DNA from: a virus
Direction: 5' to 3' (one strand)
IMG/VR virus record: IMGVR_UViG_3300045912_000220
Length of the DNA: 64,000 nt
Shown here piece by piece: positions 46,345 through 56,869 of this stretch (within the stretch, counting starts at the first letter, position 1; each line of letters starts with the position of its first letter). The translations under genes and the position numbers were made by a program. Under the pieces are notes generated by a model. The model did no database searches. It was not told the DNA's origin and worked only from the letters and a program-made list of their open reading frames with translations.

Positions 46345-46746
46345 GTGTATCTGGTTCGTGCTCTGCGGCGCTTTGCGTCGGTCGACGAGGGGTGGATTCC
46401 CCGCGGCGCTACACTTAGCGTTCCCCGTGACCGCGCGTTCGAGCTGGCAGGGTCCGGCGTGGTCGAAATCCTCGAGGGCGACGATCGCGCGTGGAATTTC
46501 GAGACGAAAACCGAACCGCATGCATTGTCGCCAGTGGCCCCAGCGCCGCGCGCGTCGACGTTACCCGTACCGCCGGCTGGCCAACCGTCGCCGTTAACGA
46601 CGGCTACCGCATCGCCGGCCACGCCGACCACGTCTACGCGGCCGACGCGCGCTGGTGGGACTACCACGCGCCGGCGGTCCGTGCGCAGTGCCCCCGCGCG
46701 CAGCTCTGGACCTGCACCGGAGCCGCCGCCCGACGGCACGGACTGA
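46345..46746 (+). CDS. Small post-capsid protein (copy 2)
   Basis: Copy of 7699-8100. Confidence 0.6.
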   Translation: MYLVRALRRFASVDEGWIPRGATLSVPRDRAFELAGSGVVEILEGDDRAWNFETKTEPHALSPVAPAPRASTLPVPPAGQPSPLTTATASPATPTTSTRPTRAGGTTTRRRSVRSAPARSSGPAPEPPPDGTD

Positions 46747-47087
46747 ACCTGCTGCAGTATGAACGCGGGCCGGGCCTGAGCGTCCGGCCGGGCATCGTCC
46801 GGACCGGCGGTGCCGTGGGCAATTCCGGCGCCCAAGCCATCAACCTTGCCTACTTGCTCGGCGCCCGCCGGCTGGTGCTGATCGGGTTCGACATGGGCGA
46901 GCAGGGGCACTACTTCGGCGACCATCCGCCGGGCCTGCACGTCGTGAGCCCGTGGGAGCGTATGCGCGCCGGTATGGCCACGATGGCCGCGGAACTGGCC
47001 GCGCTGGGCGTGCAGGTGGTGAACTGTTCGCCGCTGACCGCCATCACGTACTGGCCGCGCGCCGATCTACCCGACGTGCTGCCCTAG
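46491..47087 (+). CDS. Maf/MptE-like protein (copy 2)
   Basis: Copy of 7845-8441. Confidence 0.7.
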   Translation: MEFRDENRTACIVASGPSAARVDVTRTAGWPTVAVNDGYRIAGHADHVYAADARWWDYHAPAVRAQCPRAQLWTCTGAAARRHGLNLLQYERGPGLSVRPGIVRTGGAVGNSGAQAINLAYLLGARRLVLIGFDMGEQGHYFGDHPPGLHVVSPWERMRAGMATMAAELAALGVQVVNCSPLTAITYWPRADLPDVLP

Positions 47088-47118
47088 CGGGCCGCGCAAC
47101 GGCCCGGCACAATGGGCC

Positions 47119-47937
47119 ATGCGCCGCGCGCATCTGCTGATCCGTCACGAACCGCACTACCGGCGCGAAGCCTTCGCGGCTGGGTTGCAGGCGTGCGGCT
47201 ATCAGGTGGCCGGCTACCCGCGCGAGCGCGCCCGCCCCGGCGACCTACTGGTGATGTGGAACCGCTACGGCGCCAATCACGCGCTGGCCGAGCGCTTCGA
47301 GGCCGCCGGCGGCGTCGTGCTGGTGGCCGAGAACGGCCTCATGGGCCGTGATTCCCCGGGCGGCCCGTGGTACTCGCTGTTCCGCGGCGCGCCGGCGGGT
47401 GCCGGGTGGTCACCAGAGGGGCCGGCCGACCGGTGGTTCGCGCAGGGGTGGACGCTGGCCCCGTGGCGCGACATGCCAGCAGGCGACGTGCTGATCCTTG
47501 CGCAGCGCGGCATTGGCCCGCCCGGGGTGGCCCAGCCGCACGGCTGGCACCGCGACATCGCCCGTCGGCTGGCGCACTGGGGCCGCGTGCGCATCCGCGA
47601 ACATCCCGGCGAGCGGCCGGCGCTGCCGCTGGCCGACGACCTAGCCAACGTCCGCGCCGTGGTCACGTGGGCCAGCGCGGCGGCGCTGAAGGCAATGGCG
47701 GCGGGGGTGCCGGTGTTCTACGGGTTCCGCAACTGGATAGGGAAGGGCTGCGGGCAATGGCTCGACGACGCGACGATCCGTGGGCCGTGCGCCCCGGTAT
47801 TCCCCGACCGGACCGCGACCTGCGGGCTTGTTGGCTGGGCCACGTGGACGACCCGCGAGTTATCGACCGGCCAGCCTTTCCGGCACGTGCTCGGGTGGCC
47901 GTCTACCGCATCGCCGACCATCACCGATCACGCGTGA
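47119..47937 (+). CDS. KpsS/KpsC-like GT 1 (copy 2)
   Basis: Copy of 8473-9291. Confidence 0.65.
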   Translation: MRRAHLLIRHEPHYRREAFAAGLQACGYQVAGYPRERARPGDLLVMWNRYGANHALAERFEAAGGVVLVAENGLMGRDSPGGPWYSLFRGAPAGAGWSPEGPADRWFAQGWTLAPWRDMPAGDVLILAQRGIGPPGVAQPHGWHRDIARRLAHWGRVRIREHPGERPALPLADDLANVRAVVTWASAAALKAMAAGVPVFYGFRNWIGKGCGQWLDDATIRGPCAPVFPDRTATCGLVGWATWTTRELSTGQPFRHVLGWPSTASPTITDHA

Positions 47938-48731
47938 TAAGCGACGCCATGGCCGAGGGCATCGCCGCCGCCGGGGACGTTCCGGTGCTGGCGTACGAGC
48001 ACGAATTCGCCGGGCAGCCGGTCGCCGACGCTGCCGTGTTCTACGGCCTCGAGGGCCGCCTGCCGCACGTGTTCGCCGCCTACAAGGGGATCGGGCGCGC
48101 GGTGTACGTGGACCTTGGGTACTGGGATCGGCGCCGTGGCGGCCGTTTCGCCGGCTTCCACAAGATAGCGGTCAACGCCCGCCACCCGACGGCCTACTTC
48201 CGGCGGCCAGCCCACCCGCCTGACCGATTGCGCGCCGTGGCCGCGCCCATCAAGCCGTGGCGCAGGAACGGCCGGCATGTTCTGGTCGCTGGCATGGGCG
48301 ACAAGGGCGCCAGAGCAGAGGGCTACGCCACCGAAGCGTGGGAGCGCTGGGCCATCGGCGAGCTGCAGCGGTATACCGCCCGCCCGATCGTTTACCGGCC
48401 GAAGCCCAGCTGGAAGAAGGCCCGCCCCATCGCTGGCACCATCTACTCGCCGCGGACCCGGGAAGTCGCCGATGAGCTGCGCGACTGCTGGGCCGTGGTC
48501 ACTCACCACAGCAACGTTGCCGTCGACGCGATCATGGCCGGCGTGCCGGCGTTCTGCTGGGAAGGGGTGGCCGCCTGTATGTCGGGGCAGGAGCTGGCTG
48601 GGATAGAGTCGCCACCGATGCCGGACGGCCGCGAGCAATGGGCTGCCGACATCGCCTACACGCAGTGGAGCGTCGAGGAAATGCGGACCGGCGCAGCGTG
48701 GCGCCATCTGCGGCAGGAGGGGCTTCTGTGA
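47895..48731 (+). CDS. KpsS/KpsC-like GT 2 (copy 2)
   Basis: Copy of 9249-10085. Confidence 0.65.
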   Translation: MAVYRIADHHRSRVISDAMAEGIAAAGDVPVLAYEHEFAGQPVADAAVFYGLEGRLPHVFAAYKGIGRAVYVDLGYWDRRRGGRFAGFHKIAVNARHPTAYFRRPAHPPDRLRAVAAPIKPWRRNGRHVLVAGMGDKGARAEGYATEAWERWAIGELQRYTARPIVYRPKPSWKKARPIAGTIYSPRTREVADELRDCWAVVTHHSNVAVDAIMAGVPAFCWEGVAACMSGQELAGIESPPMPDGREQWAADIAYTQWSVEEMRTGAAWRHLRQEGLL

Positions 48732-49591
48732 GGATCGTTTTCTGGCATTCGGACAAGCCGCGCGAACGGCTGCTGGCCGATGCGTTCGCCGACGGTGCCC
48801 GGGTGCACGGCGACACGGTGGAGCTGCGGCCGCTGGAATCGGGTCCCGTGTCGCCGGCCGACGCCGACGTGGTGTGCATGGTCGGGGTGAAGTCGCGCGA
48901 GCTGTACCGCGTGCACCAGCGCGAGGGCATTCACGTCGTCTACTTCGACAAGGGCTACACGCGTCACGCCGCGCCGACGCCGGTGAAGCTCTGGGAGTAT
49001 TGGCGGGTGTCGGTCGACCGGCATCATCCGACCGAAATGCTCATGGACATTGCCCGCCCGATGGACCGCGCCGACCGGCTCGGGCTGGTCATGCAGCGAT
49101 GGCGCAAGCCGACGAAGCGCGGCCACGTGCTGATCGCCGGCAGCTCGGCGAAGTACCACCAGTTCTATGGGCTGAAGGCGCCGACGCCGTACGCGCACAA
49201 GCTGGTGGCTGCCCTGCGCGAGCATACGGCACGGCCGATCACGTACCGGCCCAAGCCCAGCTGGAAGGATGCGGAGCCAATCGAGGGGACCGAGTACAGC
49301 GGCACCGATCAGACGATCGAGCAAGCGCTGGCCGGCGCGCATTGTCTGGTGACCCACGGCAGCAACGCGGTGTTCGAGGCGGTGCTGCTCGGCATCCCGT
49401 GCGTGGTGCTGGGCGACGCGGTGGCCCGGCCAATCAGTAGCACCAGCGTCGCCGACGTTGAGGCGCCCTACTTGGCGACGTATGAACAGCGGCACCAGTG
49501 GCTTGCGAATTTGGCTTATTGGCAGTGGACGATGCCGGAACTGCACCGCGGCGAGGCGTGGCAGTATCTGCGCCCGCTGATCTACCGATGA
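48728..49591 (+). CDS. KpsS/KpsC-like GT 3 (copy 2)
   Basis: Copy of 10082-10945. Confidence 0.65.
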   Translation: MRIVFWHSDKPRERLLADAFADGARVHGDTVELRPLESGPVSPADADVVCMVGVKSRELYRVHQREGIHVVYFDKGYTRHAAPTPVKLWEYWRVSVDRHHPTEMLMDIARPMDRADRLGLVMQRWRKPTKRGHVLIAGSSAKYHQFYGLKAPTPYAHKLVAALREHTARPITYRPKPSWKDAEPIEGTEYSGTDQTIEQALAGAHCLVTHGSNAVFEAVLLGIPCVVLGDAVARPISSTSVADVEAPYLATYEQRHQWLANLAYWQWTMPELHRGEAWQYLRPLIYR

Positions 49592-50193
49592 ACCGTCACA
49601 CGCGTCCGTCGCAGGACTACGAGGCCGCCGTTCGCGCGGCGAGCCGTCATCACATGCGATCGAAAACGTACAGCGGGTTGCTGCTGCGCCCGCACGCGGC
49701 CGCCATCGGCGCCCTGATCCGTGAACACGGCTGCCGGTCAGTGCTCGACGTGGGCTGCGGAAAGGGCGAGCAGTACCGCTGGGTATCGCCCGGGCCGCCG
49801 CATTCGGCGGTGCCGTCCGGCCTGACGCTGGAGCAGTTCTGGGGCGTCGAGGTCACGAAATATGACCCGGCGGTGCCGGCGTACGTGGCCGAGCCGCGCG
49901 GCACGTTCGACGCGGTGCTGTGCACGCACGTGCTTGGATCGGTTCCCACCGTCGACCTGCCGTGGTTCATCGACCGGCTCTACGGGTGGGCCTCGCGGGT
50001 GGTCTACGTGGCGGAAAAGCTCGGCCCAGTCAAGAAAAGGGTGCTCGACGACGTGCCGGGCTTGCCGCGCGGGTACCAGCGCGCCGACTGGCTGCGAGTA
50101 TTGGACCGGCCCGCGGGCCGTGGCCTGCACGTGGTCCTGTCAACAACCGGCGACGAATCCGGGACCATCCGGGAACAGGTGCGCATCCGATGA
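49588..50193 (+). CDS. Class I SAM methyltransferase (copy 2)
   Basis: Copy of 10942-11547. Confidence 0.85.
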   Translation: MNRHTRPSQDYEAAVRAASRHHMRSKTYSGLLLRPHAAAIGALIREHGCRSVLDVGCGKGEQYRWVSPGPPHSAVPSGLTLEQFWGVEVTKYDPAVPAYVAEPRGTFDAVLCTHVLGSVPTVDLPWFIDRLYGWASRVVYVAEKLGPVKKRVLDDVPGLPRGYQRADWLRVLDRPAGRGLHVVLSTTGDESGTIREQVRIR

Positions 50194-51188
50194 GAATTCG
50201 CGTCCTTGGCGGCGGGTGGTACGGCTGCCATCTGGCGCTGGCGATGCAGCGCGACGGGCACGAAGTCGAGCTGCACGAAATCGCCGACCGGCTGTTCGCT
50301 GGGGCCTCGGGTGGCAACCCGGCCCGGCTGCATCTGGGCTTCCACTACCCGCGCTCGCGGCTCACTCGCGTGCTATGTCAGGAAAGCCACCGGCTGTTCA
50401 TGGCCCAGTACGGCGCGCTCACGCGCACCGTGCCAGTCAACGTCTACGCCGTCGCAGACGGCGAAAGCCTGATCGACTGGGGCACCTATCGGCAGGTGCT
50501 GCGCGGCGAGGTCGACTTCGTGGAGCTTGAGCGGCCGTCCGAGCTTGGGCTGGCGAACGTCGAGGGCGCCATGCTGACCGGTGAGCGGCACATTGTCATC
50601 GATGAGGCGCGCGCATGGTTCACGGAACAGCTGGGCGATGCGGTCCGGCTGAACATGCCCCCGGACGCCGACCCGGACGGCTGGGACTGGACGATCGATT
50701 GCACGTTCTGCGCCCGCGACGCCGAGCGGGTCGACCGGTACGAGCCGTGCGTAACGGCGCTGCTCGAGGGGCCAACCGATCGCGCGGTCACCATCATGGA
50801 CGGCCCGTTCCCGTCCGTTTACCCGTGGAACGAACAGCAGGGCCTGTCGAGCCTGACCAGCGCCCGCTACACGCCGCTGGCCCGCTGCTCGACGTACTGG
50901 CATGCCCGGCAGCTGCTCGACGACTGTTCGGCCAATGACGCGATGCGCCGCGGGGTGCTAATGCTCGGCCAGATGGCGAAGTTCTGGCCGGCCGTGCAGG
51001 AGCTGTACCGCGTCGTCGACGCCCGCCTGACCATCCGCGCTCAGCCCATGAGCGGGTCGGACGCCCGGTTCGTCGACGTGGTGCGCCCGCTGCCCCGGAC
51101 GCTGCGGGTGAGGGCGGGGAAAATCGACGCGATCCTGCACGCCGAACAGCTGATCCGCGAGGCGATATGTTCACCGCAACCGGGGTAG
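50190..51188 (+). CDS. FAD-dependent oxidoreductase (copy 2)
   Basis: Copy of 11544-12542. Confidence 0.82.
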   Translation: MRIRVLGGGWYGCHLALAMQRDGHEVELHEIADRLFAGASGGNPARLHLGFHYPRSRLTRVLCQESHRLFMAQYGALTRTVPVNVYAVADGESLIDWGTYRQVLRGEVDFVELERPSELGLANVEGAMLTGERHIVIDEARAWFTEQLGDAVRLNMPPDADPDGWDWTIDCTFCARDAERVDRYEPCVTALLEGPTDRAVTIMDGPFPSVYPWNEQQGLSSLTSARYTPLARCSTYWHARQLLDDCSANDAMRRGVLMLGQMAKFWPAVQELYRVVDARLTIRAQPMSGSDARFVDVVRPLPRTLRVRAGKIDAILHAEQLIREAICSPQPG

Positions 51189-51760
51189 GGTCAACGATCG
51201 TTCGCGAGCTGGCCACCATCACCGGCGAACACGCGCAGCGGATCGAGGGCGACCTAAGCCAGTACGGCGCCGAGCTGACCATCCCGGACGGTAGCCACCG
51301 GTACGTGTTAGCCGCCGGCGTCCTGCACGGTCGAGCGGTGCAGGACCTGACCCCGGAACAGGTGCGCGAAACGCTGGCCGTTAATCTGGTCTCCGTTGTG
51401 CGAATCTGCGACACGGTGCTCCGGCGGGACCCGAAGGCCCGCATCTGCATTATCGGCAGCCAGTCCGGCTGCCGCTGGTCATTCGACGAGCTGTACGCGC
51501 TGGCCAAGGGAGCCGTCCACCGGTACGTTGAGCAGCGGCCGACGCGCTGCTGTCAGCAGCTGGTGGCCGTCGCGCCCCCGATCATCGCCGACTCCGGGAT
51601 GACGATGCGGCGGCACGATTACCCAGCCGTGCTGGCAACCCGCCCGCACTGCCGGGCGGTCGACGTGGCCCGGGTGGTGCACCGGCTGTTGTGGACGCCG
51701 CGGGAGCTGGCGCCGTCGGGGCTGGTGGTGCCGGTGCCCGCTGGGAACGTGATGGCATGA
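51167..51760 (+). CDS. SDR-like protein (copy 2)
   Basis: Copy of 12521-13114. Confidence 0.72.
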   Translation: MFTATGVGSTIVRELATITGEHAQRIEGDLSQYGAELTIPDGSHRYVLAAGVLHGRAVQDLTPEQVRETLAVNLVSVVRICDTVLRRDPKARICIIGSQSGCRWSFDELYALAKGAVHRYVEQRPTRCCQQLVAVAPPIIADSGMTMRRHDYPAVLATRPHCRAVDVARVVHRLLWTPRELAPSGLVVPVPAGNVMA

Positions 51761-52365
51761 CGGACAAGCGGAAGCCGCCGCCGGACGCCGACCGGCCCCT
51801 GTACCTGCGGGCGCTGGCCTACGCGCGATCCGGTGCTGCCGCCATCGACGGCGGCGCCAACGTCGGCAACTGGTCACGGTGGATGGCTGAACACTTCGAC
51901 GCGGTGCACGCGTTCGAGCCGAACCCGCGCTGCTGGCCCGCGTTCGAGGACATGCCGCCGGGCGTGGTGCTGCACCGCGCCGCGCTCGGCGAGGCCGCGG
52001 GCGAGGCGTGGCTGTACCAGCCACCGAAGCGCAGGGCCACCACGGCGGGCTACGTCGGGTCGGCAGAGCATGCCCCGCCCGTTGAGCGGCCACGCGCGGA
52101 GCCGGTCGCGGTGGCCACGGTCGACGGCCTCGGGCTGACCCGGTGCGGCCTGCTCAAGCTCGACATCGAGGGTGGCGAGCTGTACGCCCTGCGCGGCTCC
52201 CGGCAGACGCTGGCCCGCTGCCGACCCGTCGTCGTCGTCGAGGTATCGGCGCTCAGCCACAAGCATTACGGGGTGCCAGAGGCCGACGTGCGCCGGCTGC
52301 TCAGCGACGCCCGGTACACGCGGCTAACGCTCGCCGCGCCGAACGAAATATGGGTGCCGCTTTGA
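51757..52365 (+). CDS. FkbM-family methyltransferase (copy 2)
   Basis: Copy of 13111-13719. Confidence 0.9.
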   Translation: MTDKRKPPPDADRPLYLRALAYARSGAAAIDGGANVGNWSRWMAEHFDAVHAFEPNPRCWPAFEDMPPGVVLHRAALGEAAGEAWLYQPPKRRATTAGYVGSAEHAPPVERPRAEPVAVATVDGLGLTRCGLLKLDIEGGELYALRGSRQTLARCRPVVVVEVSALSHKHYGVPEADVRRLLSDARYTRLTLAAPNEIWVPL

Positions 52366-53096
52366 AGCTCACGATCTGCACGGGCTGGTCGCCGGCCGGG
52401 TACCACGAATACGGCCGACGGTTCGCCGAGTCATTCGCACGGCACTGGCCAGAGTCGGTCGAGCTGGTGGTCTACGGCGAGGAACCCGTACCGCTGCCCC
52501 GGGGCACGTTCCGGCCACTGTCGGACATCCCGGGGTGCGCCGAATGGCTGGCCGCCCACGATGCGCCGCGTTACCGGGGGCACCGTGACGGCCCGGACTA
52601 CAAATGGCGGCTGGACGCGTGGAAGTTCAGCCGGCAGGGGTTCATCCCGGCCGCGGCTGCTGCGGAGCTGCCGGACACCGGCACCCCGCAGTTTCTCGCG
52701 TGGCTCGACGGGGATGTCATCACGCACCGCAAGGTGCCCGAGGGCTGGCCGCAGCTACTGCTGCCGCCGGGCTTCGACGTGGCCTATCTGGGCCGGCCGC
52801 CCAAGCACTCCGAGATTGGATTCCAGCTCTACCGGCTGAACGGACCGGGGTCGCCTGCGCTGCGGCTGCTCGAAATGTTCCGCGAGCTGTACCTGTCGGG
52901 CGCGGTATTCCGGCTGCGCGAATGGCACAGCGCGTTCGTGTGGGATGAAGCCCGGGTGCGTAGCGGCGCCCGAGCATTCAACCTGACGCCGAACGGCCAC
53001 GGCCACGTCTGGCACCAGTCGCCGCTGGCCCGCTACACCGACCATCTGAAGGGGAAGCGCAAAGCCTATGACCGCAGCCCAGAGCGCAGGCGATAG
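52362..53096 (+). CDS. GT-A glycosyltransferase (copy 2)
   Basis: Copy of 13716-14450. Confidence 0.7.
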   Translation: MKLTICTGWSPAGYHEYGRRFAESFARHWPESVELVVYGEEPVPLPRGTFRPLSDIPGCAEWLAAHDAPRYRGHRDGPDYKWRLDAWKFSRQGFIPAAAAAELPDTGTPQFLAWLDGDVITHRKVPEGWPQLLLPPGFDVAYLGRPPKHSEIGFQLYRLNGPGSPALRLLEMFRELYLSGAVFRLREWHSAFVWDEARVRSGARAFNLTPNGHGHVWHQSPLARYTDHLKGKRKAYDRSPERRR

Positions 53097-53853
53097 CGGG
53101 CCGCTGACCGTCTACGTCGGCTGGGACCCGCGCGAGGTCGCAGCCTTCGACGTAACGGTGGCCACGCTGAAGGCCCGGGCGTCCGTCCCGGTCCGCGTGG
53201 TTCCGCTGAAACGCCGGCGGCTCGAGCGTGCCGGCCTGCTGACACGGGTGGTGCAGCCCGTAGCGGCGGGTGACCGGCGGCTGGTCAGCGGCCGCTGGTA
53301 CACGTTCCCGGCCGGCACGCTCTGGGATGTCACCAGCGGCGCCCCGATGGCCACCGAGTTCGCGGTTTCCCGGTTTCTCGTGCCGGCGCTGGCCCAGTCC
53401 GGCTGGGCGCTGTTCGTCGACTGCGACGTCGTGTTTCTCGGCGACGTGGCCGAGCTGCTTGAGGTGGCCGACCCGCAATACGCCGTGCAGGTGGTCAAGC
53501 ACGGCGAGCTTCCCGGCGAAGGGCTGAAAATGGACGGGCAGCCGCAGCTGGCCTACCCGCGGAAAAACTGGTCGTCGGTGGTGCTCTGGAACTGCGACCA
53601 CGCCGGGAACCGGCGCCTGACGCTACGCGAGGTCAACGGCTGGCCGGGCCGGGACCTGCACGCGTTCCGGTGGCTCGCCGACGAACATATCGGCAGCCTG
53701 CCGGCCGGCTGGAATTGGCTGGTCGGGGTGCAGCCTCGCCCGCCCGACCCGAAGGTGGCACACTTCACGCTCGGCGGGCCATGGCTGCCCGGGTGGAAAG
53801 GTGCCGAGCATGACCAGCTCTGGGTATCAGCTGCGGCGACTGTTCGGCCCTGA
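53068..53853 (+). CDS. GT8-like glycosyltransferase (copy 2)
   Basis: Copy of 14422-15207. Confidence 0.82.
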   Translation: MTAAQSAGDSGPLTVYVGWDPREVAAFDVTVATLKARASVPVRVVPLKRRRLERAGLLTRVVQPVAAGDRRLVSGRWYTFPAGTLWDVTSGAPMATEFAVSRFLVPALAQSGWALFVDCDVVFLGDVAELLEVADPQYAVQVVKHGELPGEGLKMDGQPQLAYPRKNWSSVVLWNCDHAGNRRLTLREVNGWPGRDLHAFRWLADEHIGSLPAGWNWLVGVQPRPPDPKVAHFTLGGPWLPGWKGAEHDQLWVSAAATVRP

Positions 53854-54436
53854 AGTCGAGCCGATCACCGTCGCCGAGGCGAAGGCCCACTGCCGGGTCG
53901 ACGCCGACCTGACGGCCGAGGACGACCTGTTCGCCGGCTGGATTACCGCGGCCCGGGAGCTGGCCGAGGATTACACGAAGCGCACGTTCTGCGAGTCCGT
54001 GTGGGAACTGTGGCTGGACGATTTCCCGCGCTTTTCCGATGACCTGCGGGTGGTCCTGCCGATGGGCGCCCCGTTCGTCGCCGTCGAGTCCGTGTCCTAC
54101 CTGTCGACGAATGGCGACCGCGTCGAGCTGGCCGGGTATGAGGTCCTGCCAGACGAACCGCCAGCCATCCGGCCGTCCCCGTGGACCGTCTGGCCCGTCG
54201 TGAGCTGCGCCGCCGGGGCCGTCCGGGTCCGGTACCGGGCCGGCTACGTCGGCGAGGGGTCGCCGGCCGGGGCCGAGGCGGTACCGCAGCGCGTCAAGCA
54301 GGCCCTGCGGATGCTGGTGGGGCACTGGTACGCGAACCGGGAAAGCGTGACCGCCGGCGGCTCGACCGGCGCTGCGCCTGTCGAGGTGCCATACAGTTTC
54401 GAGCGGGCGCTCGACCCGCTGCGGGTGTACCCGTGA
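53810..54436 (+). CDS. Head-tail connector (copy 2)
   Basis: Copy of 15164-15790. Confidence 0.92.
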   Translation: MTSSGYQLRRLFGPEVEPITVAEAKAHCRVDADLTAEDDLFAGWITAARELAEDYTKRTFCESVWELWLDDFPRFSDDLRVVLPMGAPFVAVESVSYLSTNGDRVELAGYEVLPDEPPAIRPSPWTVWPVVSCAAGAVRVRYRAGYVGEGSPAGAEAVPQRVKQALRMLVGHWYANRESVTAGGSTGAAPVEVPYSFERALDPLRVYP

Positions 54437-54573
54437 GCTGCCGACCCTGCGAACAGGCCCGGCGGTACCTGCCGGCGCCGGTGGCCGGCTTCCTGCGCGC
54501 CGTCGAGGCCCGGCAGCTGGCTCGCGCCGCGCGCCGGGCCCAGAAACGCGCGGCCAAGGCCGCGAAGGGCTGA
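54433..54573 (+). CDS. 46-aa basic CxxC peptide (copy 2)
   Basis: Copy of 15787-15927. Confidence 0.55.
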   Translation: MSCRPCEQARRYLPAPVAGFLRAVEARQLARAARRAQKRAAKAAKG

Positions 54574-54576
54574 TCC

Positions 54577-54948
54577 GTGCAGGCCGGGCGACTGCGCCAC
54601 CGGATCACGATTCAGCAGGCCGTCGACGTGAAAACGGCCACGGGGGCCGTGCGGACCGAGTACGTGGACTGGCTCGAGACGTGGGCCGAGGTCGCCCCGC
54701 TGACGCCGCGCGAGTTCTGGGCCGCCCAGCAGGTGCAAAGCGACATCACTGCCAAGGTGCGGGTCCGGTACCGTCCGGGCATGAACGCGAAAATGCGGGT
54801 GCGCCACCAGCGGGAAGCGGGTAGTCCGTCCGTCGTCGACGTGTACGACGTTGAGGGGCCGCCGGTCGAGGTTGAGGGCCGGCGCTGGGAAGTATGGCTT
54901 ATGTGCCGCCGGCGGGACGCCGAGGGCTTCCGGAGCGGGAACCCGTAA
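54577..54948 (+). CDS. Head closure protein (copy 2)
   Basis: Copy of 15931-16302. Confidence 0.92.
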   Translation: MQAGRLRHRITIQQAVDVKTATGAVRTEYVDWLETWAEVAPLTPREFWAAQQVQSDITAKVRVRYRPGMNAKMRVRHQREAGSPSVVDVYDVEGPPVEVEGRRWEVWLMCRRRDAEGFRSGNP

Positions 54949-55379
54949 TGCCGCTGGAAGGCGTCGCCGAGCTCGACCGGTTGCTGGCGCTGCTGCCGCA
55001 GGCGGTGCAGCCGAAGGTGCTGCGGAAGGCCGTGCGCGCCGGCATCCGCCCGGCCGAAAAACGGGCCAAGGCCACGGTGCCGGTCGGCACGGTGGCTCAT
55101 CGGACCCGCAAGGGGCGGCTGGTGCCGCCCGGGTTCGCGAAGCGGTCAATCCGGGTGGTGACCAAGGCCGACCGGACCGGCCAGAAGGTCTCGGCGGCGC
55201 TGGGCGTGCGTCGGGATGCGTTCTACGCGGTGCAGTTCGTGGAACGCGGCACCAGCCGCCACCCGGCCCGCCCATGGCTGCGCCGGGCATTCGACGAAAC
55301 GGTCGAGGCCCAGCAGAAGGCGCTGGCCGACAAGCTCCGGGCGGAAATCCTGAAGTTTGCGCGAGGCGCTAGACGATGA
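54948..55379 (+). CDS. HK97 gp10-family protein (copy 2)
   Basis: Copy of 16302-16733. Confidence 0.9.
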   Translation: MPLEGVAELDRLLALLPQAVQPKVLRKAVRAGIRPAEKRAKATVPVGTVAHRTRKGRLVPPGFAKRSIRVVTKADRTGQKVSAALGVRRDAFYAVQFVERGTSRHPARPWLRRAFDETVEAQQKALADKLRAEILKFARGARR

Positions 55380-55780
55380 GCGGGCCTAACCTGCACGAGT
55401 TCCTGACGGCCGTGCCCGCCGTGGCGGCCGTCGTCGGCGACCGGGTGTACCCGGACATCATCCCGCAGCACGTCTACGACGAGGTTACCCGGTCCCCGTG
55501 CATCGTCTACCAGCGGCTCGGCGCCACGCGGTCGGCCACGTACTGCGGCCACGACCTGCTTGTGGCGGCGGCGATTCAGGTGGACCATTACGCGCAGGAT
55601 TTCGACGCGGCTGTGCAGCTGGGGGACCTGACCCGGCAGGCACTGCGGGACTACTCGGGTACCATGGGGACGGTGCGGGTCCGCTGGTGCCGGCTGGATA
55701 GCGAGACGCACTTGGTCGAGCCAGAGCCGGGGCTGTTCCGGCTATCGGCCGACTGGACTATCTGGTACGTTGAAGCCTGA
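55376..55780 (+). CDS. Tail terminator (copy 2)
   Basis: Copy of 16730-17134. Confidence 0.85.
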   Translation: MSGPNLHEFLTAVPAVAAVVGDRVYPDIIPQHVYDEVTRSPCIVYQRLGATRSATYCGHDLLVAAAIQVDHYAQDFDAAVQLGDLTRQALRDYSGTMGTVRVRWCRLDSETHLVEPEPGLFRLSADWTIWYVEA

Positions 55781-55797
55781 CAACGGGGGAGGCCGCC

Positions 55798-56226
55798 ATG
55801 GCATCCGAAGATACCCTGCTCGGAAACGATTTCGCGTTTCAGCTCGGCGACGGCGGGTCGCCCGAGGCGTTCACGGACATGTGCGCCGCTGTCGACGTGT
55901 CCGGCATCGGTGCGGAAAAGCCGCTGGTCGACGTGACAAGCCTGTGCGACACGGCCCGCACGTACCGCAACGGCCTCGCCGACGGCATCGAGTTCCCGCT
56001 GGTGGTGAATTTCCAGCAGGGCGACGCCGCCACCCGTTCCGTCTACGCCAACTTCCGGAATGACACCGTGCGCACGTTCCGGCTCCGGCTGAAGGACACG
56101 CCGGGTGAGTATTTCGAGTTCCGGGCCATCGTCCGCGGGTGGACCCTGACGCCGCCTATTGGCGAGAAGGCCACCATGACCTTCACGTTGAAGGTCACCG
56201 GGGATATTGAATGGGTGCAGGCGTAA
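55798..56226 (+). CDS. Major tail protein (copy 2)
   Basis: Copy of 17152-17580. Confidence 0.88.
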   Translation: MASEDTLLGNDFAFQLGDGGSPEAFTDMCAAVDVSGIGAEKPLVDVTSLCDTARTYRNGLADGIEFPLVVNFQQGDAATRSVYANFRNDTVRTFRLRLKDTPGEYFEFRAIVRGWTLTPPIGEKATMTFTLKVTGDIEWVQA

Positions 56227-56231
56227 CGCCC

Positions 56232-56507
56232 GTGCCGTTCAAGCTGCGCACCGAACGCGTCGAGGTCGGCGGCCACGTCATCGTGGTGCGGGAGCTGACC
56301 CACGGCGAGCGGCGGCGAATGGTCGAGGCCGCCGCAGCCGACCGGCTGGCCGTGCCAGAGCTGGTCGCATCGTTCGCGCTGGTGGACCCCGCGGTAGGGG
56401 TCGAGGATGTCGCCGGCTTGCCGGCGGCGATCGTCGACGCGGCGGTTTCCACCGCCCTGCGTTTGTCCGGCATGGACACTGACGACGCCCCGGAAAAAAA
56501 AGCCTGA
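56232..56507 (+). CDS. Tail assembly chaperone G (copy 2)
   Basis: Copy of 17586-17861. Confidence 0.8.
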   Translation: MPFKLRTERVEVGGHVIVVRELTHGERRRMVEAAAADRLAVPELVASFALVDPAVGVEDVAGLPAAIVDAAVSTALRLSGMDTDDAPEKKA

Positions 56508-56869
56508 CGCATGAACAGCTGCTGCGGTGCCGGGTCGCGGCACTGCTCGGCATGCCACCATCCGCGGTCGACGACCTGCCAGCAGCCGACCTGATCCTGC
56601 TCGACCGGTACTGGCAGGCCGAACCGTGGGGTCCGTGGCGGGATAACCTGCACGCGGCTATCATCGCCCGGGAGGTCCGCCGGCCGTACCTGCGCAGGGG
56701 CGCGAAGAACCCGCTGGACGACTTCATGGTGATGCAGCCGGCACGCCGGGCCGAGCTGGCCGCGGAACAGGCCCGGGCCGCATCCGCTGCGCTGGTGGAC
56801 ATGCTGCGGGCCGTGGCCCGCAAGAGGGGCGCCGGTGACCGACCTAGCAAAACTAGTCGTCCGACTTGA
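56495..56869 (+). CDS. Tail assembly chaperone T portion (copy 2)
   Basis: Copy of 17849-18223. Confidence 0.78.
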   Translation, partial: KKSLTHEQLLRCRVAALLGMPPSAVDDLPAADLILLDRYWQAEPWGPWRDNLHAAIIAREVRRPYLRRGAKNPLDDFMVMQPARRAELAAEQARAASAALVDMLRAVARKRGAGDRPSKTSRPT